64,000 bases of DNA, taken from positions 1,504,001 through 1,568,000 of the forward strand of contig OY762825.2 of NCBI GenBank assembly GCA_963666425.2, written 5' to 3'. The stretch is from Bacillota bacterium. Its GTDB lineage: Bacteria; Bacillota; JAAYKD01. The position numbers were made by a program, and so were the translations under genes. Under the pieces are notes generated by a model. That model saw nothing but the letters and a program-made list of their open reading frames with translations. It was not told where the DNA came from and made no database searches. How positions within the stretch are numbered: the first letter of the stretch is position 1; every line of letters begins with the position of its first letter. Positions 48,445 through 58,918 of this stretch are shown one piece after another.

Positions 48445-49458
48445 ATGAAGAAATACCGTTTGGGCATTGATTTAGGTGGCACCAATCTGGTAGCAGCCTT
48501 GTTGGACATCGATCAAATCAAAGCCGGCCACAGCGGCATCCTCGGCAAGACCGCTTTGCCAACCCACTGGCAGCAAGGTTATCTCGGTGTAGCGGCCGAG
48601 ATGGCGCAGCTCTGCCGGCAGTTGATGCAACTGCATCAAATCAATCAAGAGCAGATTGCTTACGCCGGTATCGGTTCGCCCGGCGTGATTGACGTGGAAC
48701 ATGGCATCATTGTTTATACCAGCAATTTGCATTTTCATAATGCGCCCATCACGGACGCGCTGTCTTATCAGCTGGGGCTGCCGGTTTATTTAGCCAATGA
48801 TGCCAATGCAGCCGCCTTAGGCGAAGCAGTAGTCGGTTCCACCCGCGGCTGCCGTCACTCGGTCGTGATTACCTTAGGTACCGGGGTTGGCGGCGGTGTG
48901 ATCGCCGATGGTAAGCTCCTGGTTGGCTTTAACGGAGCGGGCGGCGAATTGGGACATCACGTCATTGCTGCCGGCGGCGCAGAATGCAGCTGCGGCCGCA
49001 GGGGCTGTTGGGAAGCATACTCCTCCGCAACCGGTCTGCTGCGGATGGCGAAAACGATGCTGCCGGACTACCCCGCCTCGCAGCTTTGGCAATCTGTGGA
49101 CGCTGCCGGCAGCCTCAGCGACTGCCGTACTGTCTTTACCGCCTATGACCAGGGTGACGCGGCAGCGCAGAGTATCCTGGCGGAATACCTGAAAATGCTG
49201 GCTGCCGGGATTGTCAATATCGTCAACCTCTTTCAACCGGAAATTCTGGCAATCGGCGGCGGCTTAAGTGCCCGCTGCGATCTCTTTATCCCTTATCTGC
49301 AGGCAGCGCTGCAGCGGGAAGTCTATGCTTACCGTTGGATTCAGCAGACAAAAATCGTCGCGGCAACACTCGGCAATGATGCCGGTCTGATTGGCGCCGC
49401 TATTTTAGCCGAAGAAGATTTATTGCAGCAGGAGGTAAGCCATGTCTCAACGTTATGA
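48445..49458 (+). CDS. ROK family sugar kinase (glucokinase-like)
   Basis: GIDLGGT, NDANAAA, TLGTGVGGG, GELGH and C.CGRRGCWE. Confidence 0.92.
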   Translation: MKKYRLGIDLGGTNLVAALLDIDQIKAGHSGILGKTALPTHWQQGYLGVAAEMAQLCRQLMQLHQINQEQIAYAGIGSPGVIDVEHGIIVYTSNLHFHNAPITDALSYQLGLPVYLANDANAAALGEAVVGSTRGCRHSVVITLGTGVGGGVIADGKLLVGFNGAGGELGHHVIAAGGAECSCGRRGCWEAYSSATGLLRMAKTMLPDYPASQLWQSVDAAGSLSDCRTVFTAYDQGDAAAQSILAEYLKMLAAGIVNIVNLFQPEILAIGGGLSARCDLFIPYLQAALQREVYAYRWIQQTKIVAATLGNDAGLIGAAILAEEDLLQQEVSHVSTL

Positions 49459-50263
49459 AAAAATCCAAACCACCGTCCGCTTTTTGCAGGAAAAATTACC
49501 TGCCCTGCCGGAAATCGCCCTGATCCTGGGTTCCGGGCTGGGACCGCTGGCCGATCGGATCGAAGACCCGCTTTTCCTGGAGTATCAAGCCATTCCCGGT
49601 TTCGCCGCCACCACAGCGCCTGGTCATCGCGGTCGTCTGGTCTACGGTAAACTGGGGGGCAAGCGCGTTCTGGCGATGCAGGGACGTTTTCATTATTATG
49701 AAGGGCACGAGATCAGCACCTGCATTTTCCCCGTGCAAGTCTTTGCTGCCTTAGGCATTCCCCGTTTGCTCGTCTCCAATGCGGCCGGCGGGATCAACCG
49801 CCGCTTCCACCCCGGCGATTTGATGCTGCTGAGCGATATCATCACGCTCTTCTGCCCCTCTCCCATGCGGGGAGAGAACATGCCGGAATTGGGTTCCCGT
49901 TTCTTTGATATGAGCTACACTTTTGACAAGGATTGGCGGGAGTTAGCGCATGCCGTTGCCCGCGAGCAGGATTTTGCTTTGCAGGAAGGGGTCTATGTGT
50001 TTGCCCAGGGGCCTCATTTTGAAACACCGGCAGAAATCCTTGCTTTACGCGGCATGGGAGCCGATGCGGTCGGCATGTCAACCGTACCGGAAGTCATTGC
50101 CGCGCGCCAGGCCGGCATGAAAATCCTCGGAATTTCCTGCATTACCAACATGGCTGCCGGTATGCTCAATCAGCCGCTGAGCGGTGAAGAAGTCAATCAG
50201 ACAGCGCAGCTGGCCGAAGAGCGTTTCTGTAATTTTGTCAGCCGTCTGATTGAACGGCTCTAA
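49442..50263 (+). CDS. punA: Purine nucleoside phosphorylase (trimeric type)
   Basis: ILGSGLG, GH.G.L, QGRFHYYEG, GP.FETPAE, VGMSTVPE and ITN.A. Confidence 0.95.
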   Translation: MSQRYEKIQTTVRFLQEKLPALPEIALILGSGLGPLADRIEDPLFLEYQAIPGFAATTAPGHRGRLVYGKLGGKRVLAMQGRFHYYEGHEISTCIFPVQVFAALGIPRLLVSNAAGGINRRFHPGDLMLLSDIITLFCPSPMRGENMPELGSRFFDMSYTFDKDWRELAHAVAREQDFALQEGVYVFAQGPHFETPAEILALRGMGADAVGMSTVPEVIAARQAGMKILGISCITNMAAGMLNQPLSGEEVNQTAQLAEERFCNFVSRLIERL

Positions 50264-50276
50264 GGAGGACCAAATT

Positions 50277-51596
50277 ATGAAACTACTGATCCGCGATACG
50301 ACGGTCCTCACTGCCTGCAGTGATTTTCCGATCCTAACACATCAGGATCTGGCGGTCGAGGGCAAACGCATTGCGTTCATCCAGCCGCATGACGAGCAAA
50401 AAGCCGCCGCTTTCGAGGCGGAGCGGACGCTCGACGGCAGCCGTCTCGTCCTCTTACCCGGCCTCGTCAACAGCCATAGCCATGCTTATATGGTTTATTT
50501 CCGCAATTACGGCAGCGGCCTCAACCTGCAGGATTGGCTTTTTACGAAAATCTTTCCGGCGGAAGCGCGCCTGACCGAAGCAGACTGCGCCTGGGGAACG
50601 GCGTTGGGCTTGTTGGAAATGCTGCGCAGCGGCATCACCGCAGTCGCTGATATGCCACTGATGTCTGTATCAGGCATGCAGATCATCGAGCAAAGCGGTA
50701 TGCGGGTAGCGACCGGTCATGCTGTTTTCCAGACTGAATTTAACCCACCCGCCTGTAAAACGCTCTTCCGCAATTTTGAAGCCAACTACCGTGCCTATCA
50801 TAACCGGGCGGACGGCCGCATGAAGGTCTATGCCACCGTACACAGCGGTTATCTCTATCCGCCGGAGCAATTGGCGGAAGGCGCTGCCTGGCTGAAAGCC
50901 AATGGTTATCGGGTACATACACATCTGCATGAAACAGCCAAAGAAGTAGAGGACGATCTGCGTCTCTACGGTCAGCGGCCGCTGCAGCGCTTCGCCGCCT
51001 TGGGCTTATTAGGACCGGGCAACGTGGCCGCGCATTGTCTGCATCTCAGCCCGGAAGACCGCCGGCTGCTGAGCGAAAGCCAAACCCTGGCCGTACCCTG
51101 CCCTACCAGCAACCTGCGTTTGGCTGCCGGCATACCGGATCTTCCCGCTCTGCTGCAAGCCGGCGTGCAGGTAGCCCTCGGTACCGACGGTTCCGGCAGC
51201 GGCAATGCCTTGAACCTCTGGAAAGAAATGCATCTTGCCTCCTTGCTCTCCGGCAGCCTCTACAAGCAACCGGGCATTTTGAGCGATTTGGCTGTTTTGC
51301 AGATGGTCACCGCCACGCCGGCACAGGCGATTTTCGGTGATGCTGAAAACAGCATCGGCAGACTGCAAGCCGGTGCTGCCGCCGATCTGATCGCAGTCAG
51401 TACCGATGCGCCTCACTTCCATCCGCTCAACGACCCGCTCGCTGCCATTGTCCAGCATACGCTGCCCACTGATGTTGCGCTGGTGATGGCCGACGGTGCC
51501 CTTCTCATGGAAAAGGGACAATTCACCACGCTTGACGCGGAACGCATCAGTTATGAAGTGGAAAAGCGAACACCCCGCTTGCTCACCGGTCTCTAG
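50277..51596 (+). CDS. mtaD: Amidohydrolase, MTA/SAH deaminase-like
   Basis: PGLVNSHSH, HTHLHET, AAHC, CPTSNL.L and GTDG. Follows the nucleoside phosphorylase. Confidence 0.75.
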   Translation: MKLLIRDTTVLTACSDFPILTHQDLAVEGKRIAFIQPHDEQKAAAFEAERTLDGSRLVLLPGLVNSHSHAYMVYFRNYGSGLNLQDWLFTKIFPAEARLTEADCAWGTALGLLEMLRSGITAVADMPLMSVSGMQIIEQSGMRVATGHAVFQTEFNPPACKTLFRNFEANYRAYHNRADGRMKVYATVHSGYLYPPEQLAEGAAWLKANGYRVHTHLHETAKEVEDDLRLYGQRPLQRFAALGLLGPGNVAAHCLHLSPEDRRLLSESQTLAVPCPTSNLRLAAGIPDLPALLQAGVQVALGTDGSGSGNALNLWKEMHLASLLSGSLYKQPGILSDLAVLQMVTATPAQAIFGDAENSIGRLQAGAAADLIAVSTDAPHFHPLNDPLAAIVQHTLPTDVALVMADGALLMEKGQFTTLDAERISYEVEKRTPRLLTGL

Positions 51597-51676
51597 AATG
51601 GGGATTTTTGCCGTTCAGACTCTCGAAGATAAAAAAGCAAGGTGGGAATCCGCAAGAATTGAGGAGGTTTTTAGTG

Positions 51677-52027
51677 ATGAGCGCACCCGTGAAACCAACA
51701 ATCACAATTGATATCCTGGAACAGGTGGACATCCGGGTCGGTACGATTCTGCAAGTGGAAGATGTGATTCGTTCCGATAAATTGCTCAAACTCACTGTCG
51801 ATTTCGGGGATTTCAGACGCACGATTCTTTCCGGAATGAAGGGCGAGCGCAGCAATCCTCAGGAAATCGTCGGTCAGCAGGCCTTGTTCGTGGTGAATCT
51901 GGCGCCGCGCAAAATGGCAGGCGAACGTTCGGAGGGAATGCTCTTTGATATCGGCTATGCCGATGGCATCACACCGGTCTTAGCCTGTCCCGAAAAGCCG
52001 GTCGCCAACGGCAGTCGTTTAGGTTAA
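51677..52027 (+). CDS. tRNA-binding OB-fold protein (CsaA/Trbp111-like)
   Basis: DIRVG.I, KLLKL.VDFG and VNLAPRKMAG..SEGM. Confidence 0.85.
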   Translation: MSAPVKPTITIDILEQVDIRVGTILQVEDVIRSDKLLKLTVDFGDFRRTILSGMKGERSNPQEIVGQQALFVVNLAPRKMAGERSEGMLFDIGYADGITPVLACPEKPVANGSRLG

Positions 52028-52167
52028 GTAAGAGGATTGCCGCTCCGTTCCTGCCATTGCGCTCGCATCCACAGGGGAAGGCAAACCGGCGGCAGTCAGC
52101 GCGTTCTGATTTTATATGCCTTATGCGGATATTTTGCCCAAATGATCAAGAAGAAGGAGGCGTCTCA

Positions 52168-53175
52168 ATGAGAATCATGGTCAGCGGCGGTGCCGGTTAT
52201 ATTGGTTCGCATACCTGTGTTGCTTTGCTGCAGGCGGGTCATCAGGTGATTATCGCCGATAATTTCAGCAACAGTCATCCCGATGTATTGAAAGCCATCC
52301 GGCAAATCAGCGGTAAAGATTTTATTTTTCAGCAAATTGATGTCACCGACTCAAAAGCAGTACAGGCACTCTTTCGGGAAACAAAACCGGAGGCAGTGAT
52401 TCACTTTGCCGGTTTCAAAGCGGTTGGAGAATCCGTGACAAAGCCGCTGGACTATTATCAGAATAATCTGCTGAGCACCATTGTCTTGGCTGAATGCTGT
52501 CTTGCCGAGGATGTCAGACAATTTGTTTTCAGTTCTTCCGCAACGGTTTATGGGGCGAATCCGCCGCCGCTGCGGGAAGACATGGCGCTTTTGCCGACCA
52601 CCAATCCCTATGGAGAAACGAAAGTGATCAGCGAGCGGATCCTGATGGACACGGCGGCAGCCAATCCCGGTTTTTGCGTCGCTTTGCTGCGCTATTTTAA
52701 TCCGGTTGGCGCACACAGCAGCGGTTTGATTGGAGAGGACCCGAACGGACTCCCCAACAACCTAATGCCGAATATTACCCGTTCGGTAGCCGGCCGCCTG
52801 CCGACTCTGCGTATTTTTGGCAGCGATTACGAGACGCCGGACGGAACCTGCATTCGTGATTATATTCATGTGATGGACTTGGCGGAAGGGCATCTCGCAG
52901 CGCTTGACCATCTGCACGCGGGCACGCAGATTTATAATTTAGGCAGAGGAGAAGGCGCTTCGGTTTTTCAATTAATCCACGCTTTTGAAGAAGCAACGGG
53001 GAAAAAAGTAGCGTATCAGCTGGAAGCACGCCGTCCGGGCGATTTGGCTGTTTCTTATGCCGATGTCAGCAAGGCAGAAAGGGAATTGCATTGGCAAGCA
53101 AAGCGCGATCTGGTCAGCATCTGCCGCGATGCCTGGCGTTATGAAGAAAATTGCTTAAAAAAAACCAATCGCTAA
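52168..53175 (+). CDS. galE: UDP-glucose 4-epimerase
   Basis: GGAGYIGSH, KAVGES, SSSATVYG, YG.TK, LRYFNP.GAH and RDYIHV. Confidence 0.96.
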   Translation: MRIMVSGGAGYIGSHTCVALLQAGHQVIIADNFSNSHPDVLKAIRQISGKDFIFQQIDVTDSKAVQALFRETKPEAVIHFAGFKAVGESVTKPLDYYQNNLLSTIVLAECCLAEDVRQFVFSSSATVYGANPPPLREDMALLPTTNPYGETKVISERILMDTAAANPGFCVALLRYFNPVGAHSSGLIGEDPNGLPNNLMPNITRSVAGRLPTLRIFGSDYETPDGTCIRDYIHVMDLAEGHLAALDHLHAGTQIYNLGRGEGASVFQLIHAFEEATGKKVAYQLEARRPGDLAVSYADVSKAERELHWQAKRDLVSICRDAWRYEENCLKKTNR

Positions 53176-53202
53176 GGTCATTTCACTCTTTTAAGCAAAC
53201 GG

Positions 53203-53275
53203 AAACCGAAAGCATGCCGTTTTACAGCTCCACCCGTCAATCAGAGTTGTAAGATAGCATGCTTTCGGTTTTTTT
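53203..53275 (+). terminator. Terminator-like inverted repeat after galE
   Basis: aaaccgaaagcatgc ... gcatgctttcggttt followed by a T-run (large loop). Confidence 0.6.
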
Positions 53276-53545
53276 ATCGTATTTTCACCTGACTGTCAGG
53301 CAAAGTGCTCAGCTGCAGGATTTTCCGACGGTGTCATTGCACAAAGCTTGCCTTCTTGATGGTGCCATGTAGGAAAACCTTCGCCTTATCTCAAGCTTGC
53401 AGGAGCCGTCCAGAGCAGGATATTTTAACCCTCACAGAGAATTATTGCTTATGCGGATTATCTTTCTGTGCTTGTTTTCACAACGATTTTTCACACTTTT
53501 TCACGATGGATACGTCAAATTTTCCATAAATAGGAGGTAAAATTC

Positions 53546-55051
53546 ATGAAAAGAAAATACGCTTTGCTTCTACTGCTTGTCTTAAGCCTGCTTTTGTCCG
53601 CTTGCAACGGCGGCAGCCCGAAACCGACTACCCCGGCTTTAGAAAAAGCGGTCGTCGGGATTCCCCAAGATTTCGACTCACTCGATCCGCATCGCTCCGC
53701 TGCCACCGGGACGCAGGAAGTCATGCTGAATGTATTTACCGGTTTGATTTCCACCACGACGCAGGGTGAAATTATCCCCGATTTGGCCGTCAGTATCACA
53801 GCCAGCGACGATTTACTCACTTACACTGCGGTCCTGCGCACAGATGTCGTCTTCCATAACGGACAGACCATGACCTCAGCCGATGTGAAATACAGCTTCG
53901 ACCGGCTGCGCGGCAAAACAGAGGATCAAAAGGAAGCGTTGTCTTCCACCTTTAACGGCATCACCTCCATCGAGACACCGGATGCCAAAACAGTCGTTTT
54001 CCACTTAAGCAGCACCGATGCCAGCTTCCTGTCGAAATTAATGGTGGCAGTGATACCAAAAGACAGCGGAGCCCAGCAGGCAACGAAACCCATCGGCGCC
54101 GGACCTTTCAAATTCGTCTCTTATACACCGGGCGTTGGTCTGAGCTTAGCCAAAAACACGAGCTATTACGGTAAACTGCCGGCGCTCGATCTGGTCGATT
54201 TCCGCATTTATACCGACTCCAATACCGGTTTTTTGGCTTTGCAAACAGGTGAAGTGGATATTCTGAATATCACCCTGGATCAATGCGCCAGTGTTAATCC
54301 AGCTAAAATCAAGATTTTGGAAACACCGCAAAATATGGTGCAGCTGATGGCTTTAAACTTTAAGGTCCCCGCTTTTGCCAAATTGCAGGTGCGGCAAGCC
54401 CTCAATTATGCCGTCAACAAGACGGAGATCATCGAAATGCTGGGCCCCGGTTCACTGAAGCTGGATACCAACTTCAGCCCGCTGATGGCTTCCTATTATA
54501 ATCAGGAGACCGAAGGTTATTACAGCTTCGATCCGGCCAAAGCAATCAGTCTGCTGGCAGAAGCGGGCGAAAGTGATCTGCATTTTTCCGTCAAAGTACC
54601 CTCCGAATATAAATTCCATATGGATACCGCGCTCTTGATCCAAGCGCAGCTGGCTGCCGTGGGGGTGACAATGGACATCGTCCCGATTGAATGGAATACC
54701 TGGTTAGATGAAGTCTATAGTCAAGCCAACTTCGAAGCAACCATCATCGGCTTTACCGGAAAATTGGATCCGGATGCCATTTTAGGACGTTATGCCTCTG
54801 ATTTCCGGCGCAATTTCTCCCACTACAACAGCCCGGCTTATGATGCAATCATCACCGCCGCCCGCAGCAGCACCGATCTCAGTATACGTAAACAGCTCTA
54901 TGCCCAAGCCCAGATGATGCTGACACAGGATGCCGCCGCACTCTATATCATGGATCCCAGCCTCTATCGCGCCGTCAACCAGCGCCTCAGCGGTCTGGAA
55001 ACTTACCCGATCGGGTTCATTGATATGAAAACAGTCACCGTCAACAAATAA
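53546..55051 (+). CDS. Oligopeptide/dipeptide ABC transporter substrate-binding lipoprotein (SBP family 5)
   Basis: Lipobox LSAC, SLDP, PDLA, FHNG...T.ADV.YSF and IGAGPF. Confidence 0.92.
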   Translation: MKRKYALLLLLVLSLLLSACNGGSPKPTTPALEKAVVGIPQDFDSLDPHRSAATGTQEVMLNVFTGLISTTTQGEIIPDLAVSITASDDLLTYTAVLRTDVVFHNGQTMTSADVKYSFDRLRGKTEDQKEALSSTFNGITSIETPDAKTVVFHLSSTDASFLSKLMVAVIPKDSGAQQATKPIGAGPFKFVSYTPGVGLSLAKNTSYYGKLPALDLVDFRIYTDSNTGFLALQTGEVDILNITLDQCASVNPAKIKILETPQNMVQLMALNFKVPAFAKLQVRQALNYAVNKTEIIEMLGPGSLKLDTNFSPLMASYYNQETEGYYSFDPAKAISLLAEAGESDLHFSVKVPSEYKFHMDTALLIQAQLAAVGVTMDIVPIEWNTWLDEVYSQANFEATIIGFTGKLDPDAILGRYASDFRRNFSHYNSPAYDAIITAARSSTDLSIRKQLYAQAQMMLTQDAAALYIMDPSLYRAVNQRLSGLETYPIGFIDMKTVTVNK

Positions 55052-55111
55052 GCGAGCTTTAGCCGGAGCCCAAAGGAGCTGATCCCTATTTCACGCTCAC
55101 TTCTCAGCCGT

Positions 55112-56047
55112 TTGCTTTCCAGTCTGCTCACGCTCTTCCTGGTCAGTCTGCTCATTTTCTTCTTCTTTCAGTTCATACCCGGCGACCCTGTCTTATCTCG
55201 TTTGGGTGAGGAAGCCGATCCCGCCCTGGAAGCACTGCTGCGCAAAGAATTGGGCTTGGATCTGCCTTTGGCGCAGCGTTATCTGAATTGGATGCTGCAT
55301 CTATCGCATGGCGATCTGGGACAGTCGATTCGCTTTAATCTGCCCGTCAATCAATTGATCGGTCAGCGGCTGCCAAGCACCTTGGCTCTGGCGGCCTGGT
55401 CATTTTTTCTTACCATTGTGATTGCCATTCCTTTGGGTTTATGGTTAGCTCGTCACAGCCAAGATTCCGCCGGCTTTGCCGTCAACGCCTTCAGTCAATT
55501 GGGTATTGCCATTCCTTCCTTCTGGCTGGCGATTCTCCTGATGCTGGTTTTTGGTGTCAAGCTGAACTGGCTGCCTATCAACGGCTATGTGCCCTGGAGT
55601 GTCAGCCCCTGGGGGTTTATGCGCTCCATACTGCTGCCGGGCTTGGCAATCAGCTGCTCTTCCGTGGCGATTGTGGTGCGCTACCTGCGCGCTTCTTTAC
55701 TGGACCAGATGCTGCAGGATTACGTCCGCACCGCCCGCAATAAGGGTTTGAGTGAGAATGTCATCCTATATCGTCATGTTCTGCGCAATGCGCTGATTCC
55801 GGTCCTGACGATTTTAGGCGTTCTGCTGGTCAACATCCTCAGCGGTTCGATTGTGATCGAATCCACCTTTTCCATTCCCGGTTTGGGGCAATTACTGCAG
55901 ACCGCCATTCGCAGCCGGGACCTGCCCCTGGTGCAAGGGATCACCCTCTATATTTCAATCGTCGTCACCCTAGGATTTCTCTTGGTGGATCTGCTCTGTG
56001 TCTGGGCCGACCCGCGCATCCGCGACAGGGGGGCTGACAATGCCTAA
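55112..56047 (+). CDS. Opp/Dpp ABC permease (OppB-like)
   Basis: PGDP, GDLG.S, DYVRTARNKGL..LRNAL and FSIPGLG. The start may be a few codons upstream. Confidence 0.92.
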   Translation: MLSSLLTLFLVSLLIFFFFQFIPGDPVLSRLGEEADPALEALLRKELGLDLPLAQRYLNWMLHLSHGDLGQSIRFNLPVNQLIGQRLPSTLALAAWSFFLTIVIAIPLGLWLARHSQDSAGFAVNAFSQLGIAIPSFWLAILLMLVFGVKLNWLPINGYVPWSVSPWGFMRSILLPGLAISCSSVAIVVRYLRASLLDQMLQDYVRTARNKGLSENVILYRHVLRNALIPVLTILGVLLVNILSGSIVIESTFSIPGLGQLLQTAIRSRDLPLVQGITLYISIVVTLGFLLVDLLCVWADPRIRDRGADNA

Positions 56048-56870
56048 GCAAACCATCGCCCGGCGGATAAACAGCAATTTAATCATTGGCGGCAGTATCG
56101 TCTGCCTGCTGCTGCTGATCATGCTGATCAGTTTTTTCTGGACTCCCTATTCCGCCACCGCACCGAGCGCGGCGGCGAAATTACAGGCGCCCTCCTTTGC
56201 TCATTGGTTTGGTACCGATCACCTGGGACGGGATGTACTGAGCCGGCTGATGTTGGGCTCGCAAACTGCCTTTCTGGTCGGTATCTCCTCGGTTGGCGCC
56301 GGCTGTCTCGTCGGTGTTTCGCTGGGTTTAGCCTGTGGTTATGCCGGCGGCTGGTTTGACCTGATCACCGTTCGGCTGCTGGACGCTTTTAAAGCCATCC
56401 CCAGCATCTTATTGGCTTTGATGATGATTGCCGTCTTTGGCTCCGGCATGAAAGTGACCGTGCTGGCGATTGCGCTGCTGTCCATTCCCCTTTATGCCCG
56501 CATGGCGCGCAGCAGTGCCATTCAACTGAAGAATCTCGAATACATGCAGTGGACCAAGCTGATCGGTATCAGCCGATGGCGTATTTTATTCGTCCATCTG
56601 CTGCCAAATATGCGTTCTCCCCTGCTGATTACCGCTTCCTTAGGCTTTGCCAATAGCGTTCTGACCGAAGCCGGTCTCTCTTACCTGGGCCTCGGGGTGC
56701 AGCCGCCGGATCCCAGTTGGGGTAAAATGCTGGCGGAAGCACAGGATTATTTGTTCAATGCCCCCTGGCTCGCCATCAGCGCAGGTCTTGCGATCACTTT
56801 ATTGGTCTTGGGTTTTAACCTCTTGGGTGACGGTCTGCGCGATCTCAGCGATACGCGGCGAAAGGACTGA
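56040..56870 (+). CDS. Opp/Dpp ABC permease (OppC-like)
   Basis: HWFGTD.LGRD, EAGLSYLGLG.QPP.PSWG and FNLLGDGLRD. Confidence 0.92.
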   Translation: MPKQTIARRINSNLIIGGSIVCLLLLIMLISFFWTPYSATAPSAAAKLQAPSFAHWFGTDHLGRDVLSRLMLGSQTAFLVGISSVGAGCLVGVSLGLACGYAGGWFDLITVRLLDAFKAIPSILLALMMIAVFGSGMKVTVLAIALLSIPLYARMARSSAIQLKNLEYMQWTKLIGISRWRILFVHLLPNMRSPLLITASLGFANSVLTEAGLSYLGLGVQPPDPSWGKMLAEAQDYLFNAPWLAISAGLAITLLVLGFNLLGDGLRDLSDTRRKD

Positions 56871-56874
56871 CGGC

Positions 56875-57843
56875 ATGGACAAGACGACTTTCTTGCAGGT
56901 AGAAGATCTCAGTCTGAGCGTACCCTACCACGGCAATGTTTATCCGGCGGTGGAGCATGTTTCCTTTTGCATGGCCGCAGGCGACAGCCTTGGCCTGATC
57001 GGTGAATCCGGCTGCGGCAAAAGCCTGACCGCTCTGGCGATTGCCGGTTTACTGCCGCAGCAAGTCCTGCGCAGCAGCGGCCGGATTCTCTTGGACGGCG
57101 TTGACTTAACGCAATTGACAGCAGAGCAAATGCAGGCGTATCACGGAAAGACGATCTCCATGGTCTTTCAGGATTCCGCCACCTCGCTCAATCCCCTGCT
57201 CACCGTCGGTTATCAAATACGGGAAGTGATTCAGCTTTACTGCCCGGCGGCCGACACCACAGCCAAACAAAAACAATTGGCGGAGGACAGCCTCGGCGAA
57301 GTCGGTTTGCTGAATCCGGCCGAAATTCTCAGGCAATATCCGCATCAGCTTTCCGGCGGACAGCGGCAGCGCATCATGCTGGCCATGGCCATGCTGCCGA
57401 AACCCCGGCTGCTCTTGGCAGACGAACCGACGACGGCTTTGGATCTCACCACCCAGCAGCAAATCCTGGCGCTGATTCGCAGCCTGCAGCAAAAACATCA
57501 GCTGACACTCTTGATGATTTCGCATAACATGCGGGTGGTGCAGTCGCTCTGCCGGCGCACGCTCGTCATGTATGCCGGAAAAATCGTGGAAGAGGGACCG
57601 ACGGTCCGCATCCTGCAGCAGCCGCTGCATCCCTACAGCAAAGCCCTGCTCGGTGCCATGCCGACCTTTGAAGGGCGCGGCAAAGCGCTTGCCACAGTGG
57701 AGGGTATGGTGCCGCCTTTGTATGCCCGCCAGCTTGCCTGCAGCTTCTCGCCGCGCTGTCCCCGCAAAACAGCGGCGTGTGATCTGGCGGTTGCCGAAAA
57801 AAGGCTGGCAGACCGCTTGGTCTTTTGCAACCATCCGGCCTAG
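56875..57843 (+). CDS. Opp/Dpp ABC ATPase (OppD-like)
   Basis: GESGCGKS, YPHQLSGGQRQR, ADEPTTALD, HPYS..L and a C-terminal Cys cluster. Confidence 0.92.
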   Translation: MDKTTFLQVEDLSLSVPYHGNVYPAVEHVSFCMAAGDSLGLIGESGCGKSLTALAIAGLLPQQVLRSSGRILLDGVDLTQLTAEQMQAYHGKTISMVFQDSATSLNPLLTVGYQIREVIQLYCPAADTTAKQKQLAEDSLGEVGLLNPAEILRQYPHQLSGGQRQRIMLAMAMLPKPRLLLADEPTTALDLTTQQQILALIRSLQQKHQLTLLMISHNMRVVQSLCRRTLVMYAGKIVEEGPTVRILQQPLHPYSKALLGAMPTFEGRGKALATVEGMVPPLYARQLACSFSPRCPRKTAACDLAVAEKRLADRLVFCNHPA

Positions 57844-57909
57844 CCGGCAGCGGAATCGAATGAATCGGGCGAGCAATGGAGCAGAATCAGCAGAAAAGGC
57901 GGTGATTAT

Positions 57910-58875
57910 GTGATGTGGGAGGAAACCTGTCTCTTGCAGGTGAATCATTTATACAAAACCTATCCGCGCAGCGGCGGCAGTTTGTTTTCTGCCAAAGAGA
58001 GATTTACCGCCGTGCACGATCTCAGCTTCTCTCTGCAGAAAGGTCAGATTCTTGGTTTGATCGGCGAATCCGGCTGCGGTAAAACGACCACCGCCCGCAT
58101 TCTGGCTCGCTTGCTGCGAGCGGATCAAGGCGAAGCCAGCCTGAACGGTGTTGATTACCTGGCACTGACGGACCGCCAGTTCCACCCTCTGCGCCGGCAA
58201 ATCCAAATGATTTTCCAGGACCCGCAGCAAGTTTTAAATCCTTCCCTGACCGTAGGCCGCATCCTGCAGGAACCTTTGATCGGTTTTGGCATCGGCGGCA
58301 CGGCGAAAGAACGCTATGAATTATTGCTTCCACAATTGGCAGAAGTCGGTTTGGACGAAAGCCACCTCTCTTTCTACCCGCATCAGCTATCCGGCGGTCA
58401 GCGGCAAAGAGTTGCGATCTTGAGTGCACTGCTGGTGCAGCCGGAGCTTTTGATTGCTGATGAAGTCGTTTCGGCACTGGACTTATCGATTCAGGCACAA
58501 ATTCTCAATCTGTTGCAGGAATTGCGCCGGAAGCATGCCTTATCCATGCTGTTCATCTCCCATGATTTGCATGTTGTTTCCTGGTTAGCCGATCGCATTT
58601 TGGTGATGTATCGCGGTTATCTTGTGGAAGAAGCGAGTACCGAAGCATTGCTGATCAATCCTCTGCATCCTTATACAGAAGCACTTTTCGCAGCTGCAGC
58701 CGCTGCTGTCAGCGAAGAAACGCCGGCGAAGCTGACGATTCCCGCTCTGCCGGACGGTCAAGCCTGTCCTTATGCTGCGCTCTGCCCCCGCTGCCGCCCC
58801 TTTTGTCGGACAAGTATTCCGGCAATCCGTCTCGTCTCGGAAAACCACAAAGTCGCCTGTCATTATCCGGAATAA
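57910..58875 (+). CDS. Opp/Dpp ABC ATPase (OppF-like)
   Basis: GESGCGKT, QMIFQDP, LSGGQRQR, HPYT and VACH. Confidence 0.92.
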   Translation: MMWEETCLLQVNHLYKTYPRSGGSLFSAKERFTAVHDLSFSLQKGQILGLIGESGCGKTTTARILARLLRADQGEASLNGVDYLALTDRQFHPLRRQIQMIFQDPQQVLNPSLTVGRILQEPLIGFGIGGTAKERYELLLPQLAEVGLDESHLSFYPHQLSGGQRQRVAILSALLVQPELLIADEVVSALDLSIQAQILNLLQELRRKHALSMLFISHDLHVVSWLADRILVMYRGYLVEEASTEALLINPLHPYTEALFAAAAAAVSEETPAKLTIPALPDGQACPYAALCPRCRPFCRTSIPAIRLVSENHKVACHYPE

Positions 58876-58918
58876 AGGATTTGCCTGAGCGCAATTTTAA
58901 GGAGGCTCCCGTTTTAGT

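Noticed and set aside
52070-52110. c-di-GMP-I riboswitch (GGCAAACC)
   Set aside because: It lacks the GNRA-capped P2, the GACGCAAAG junction and the P3 stem.
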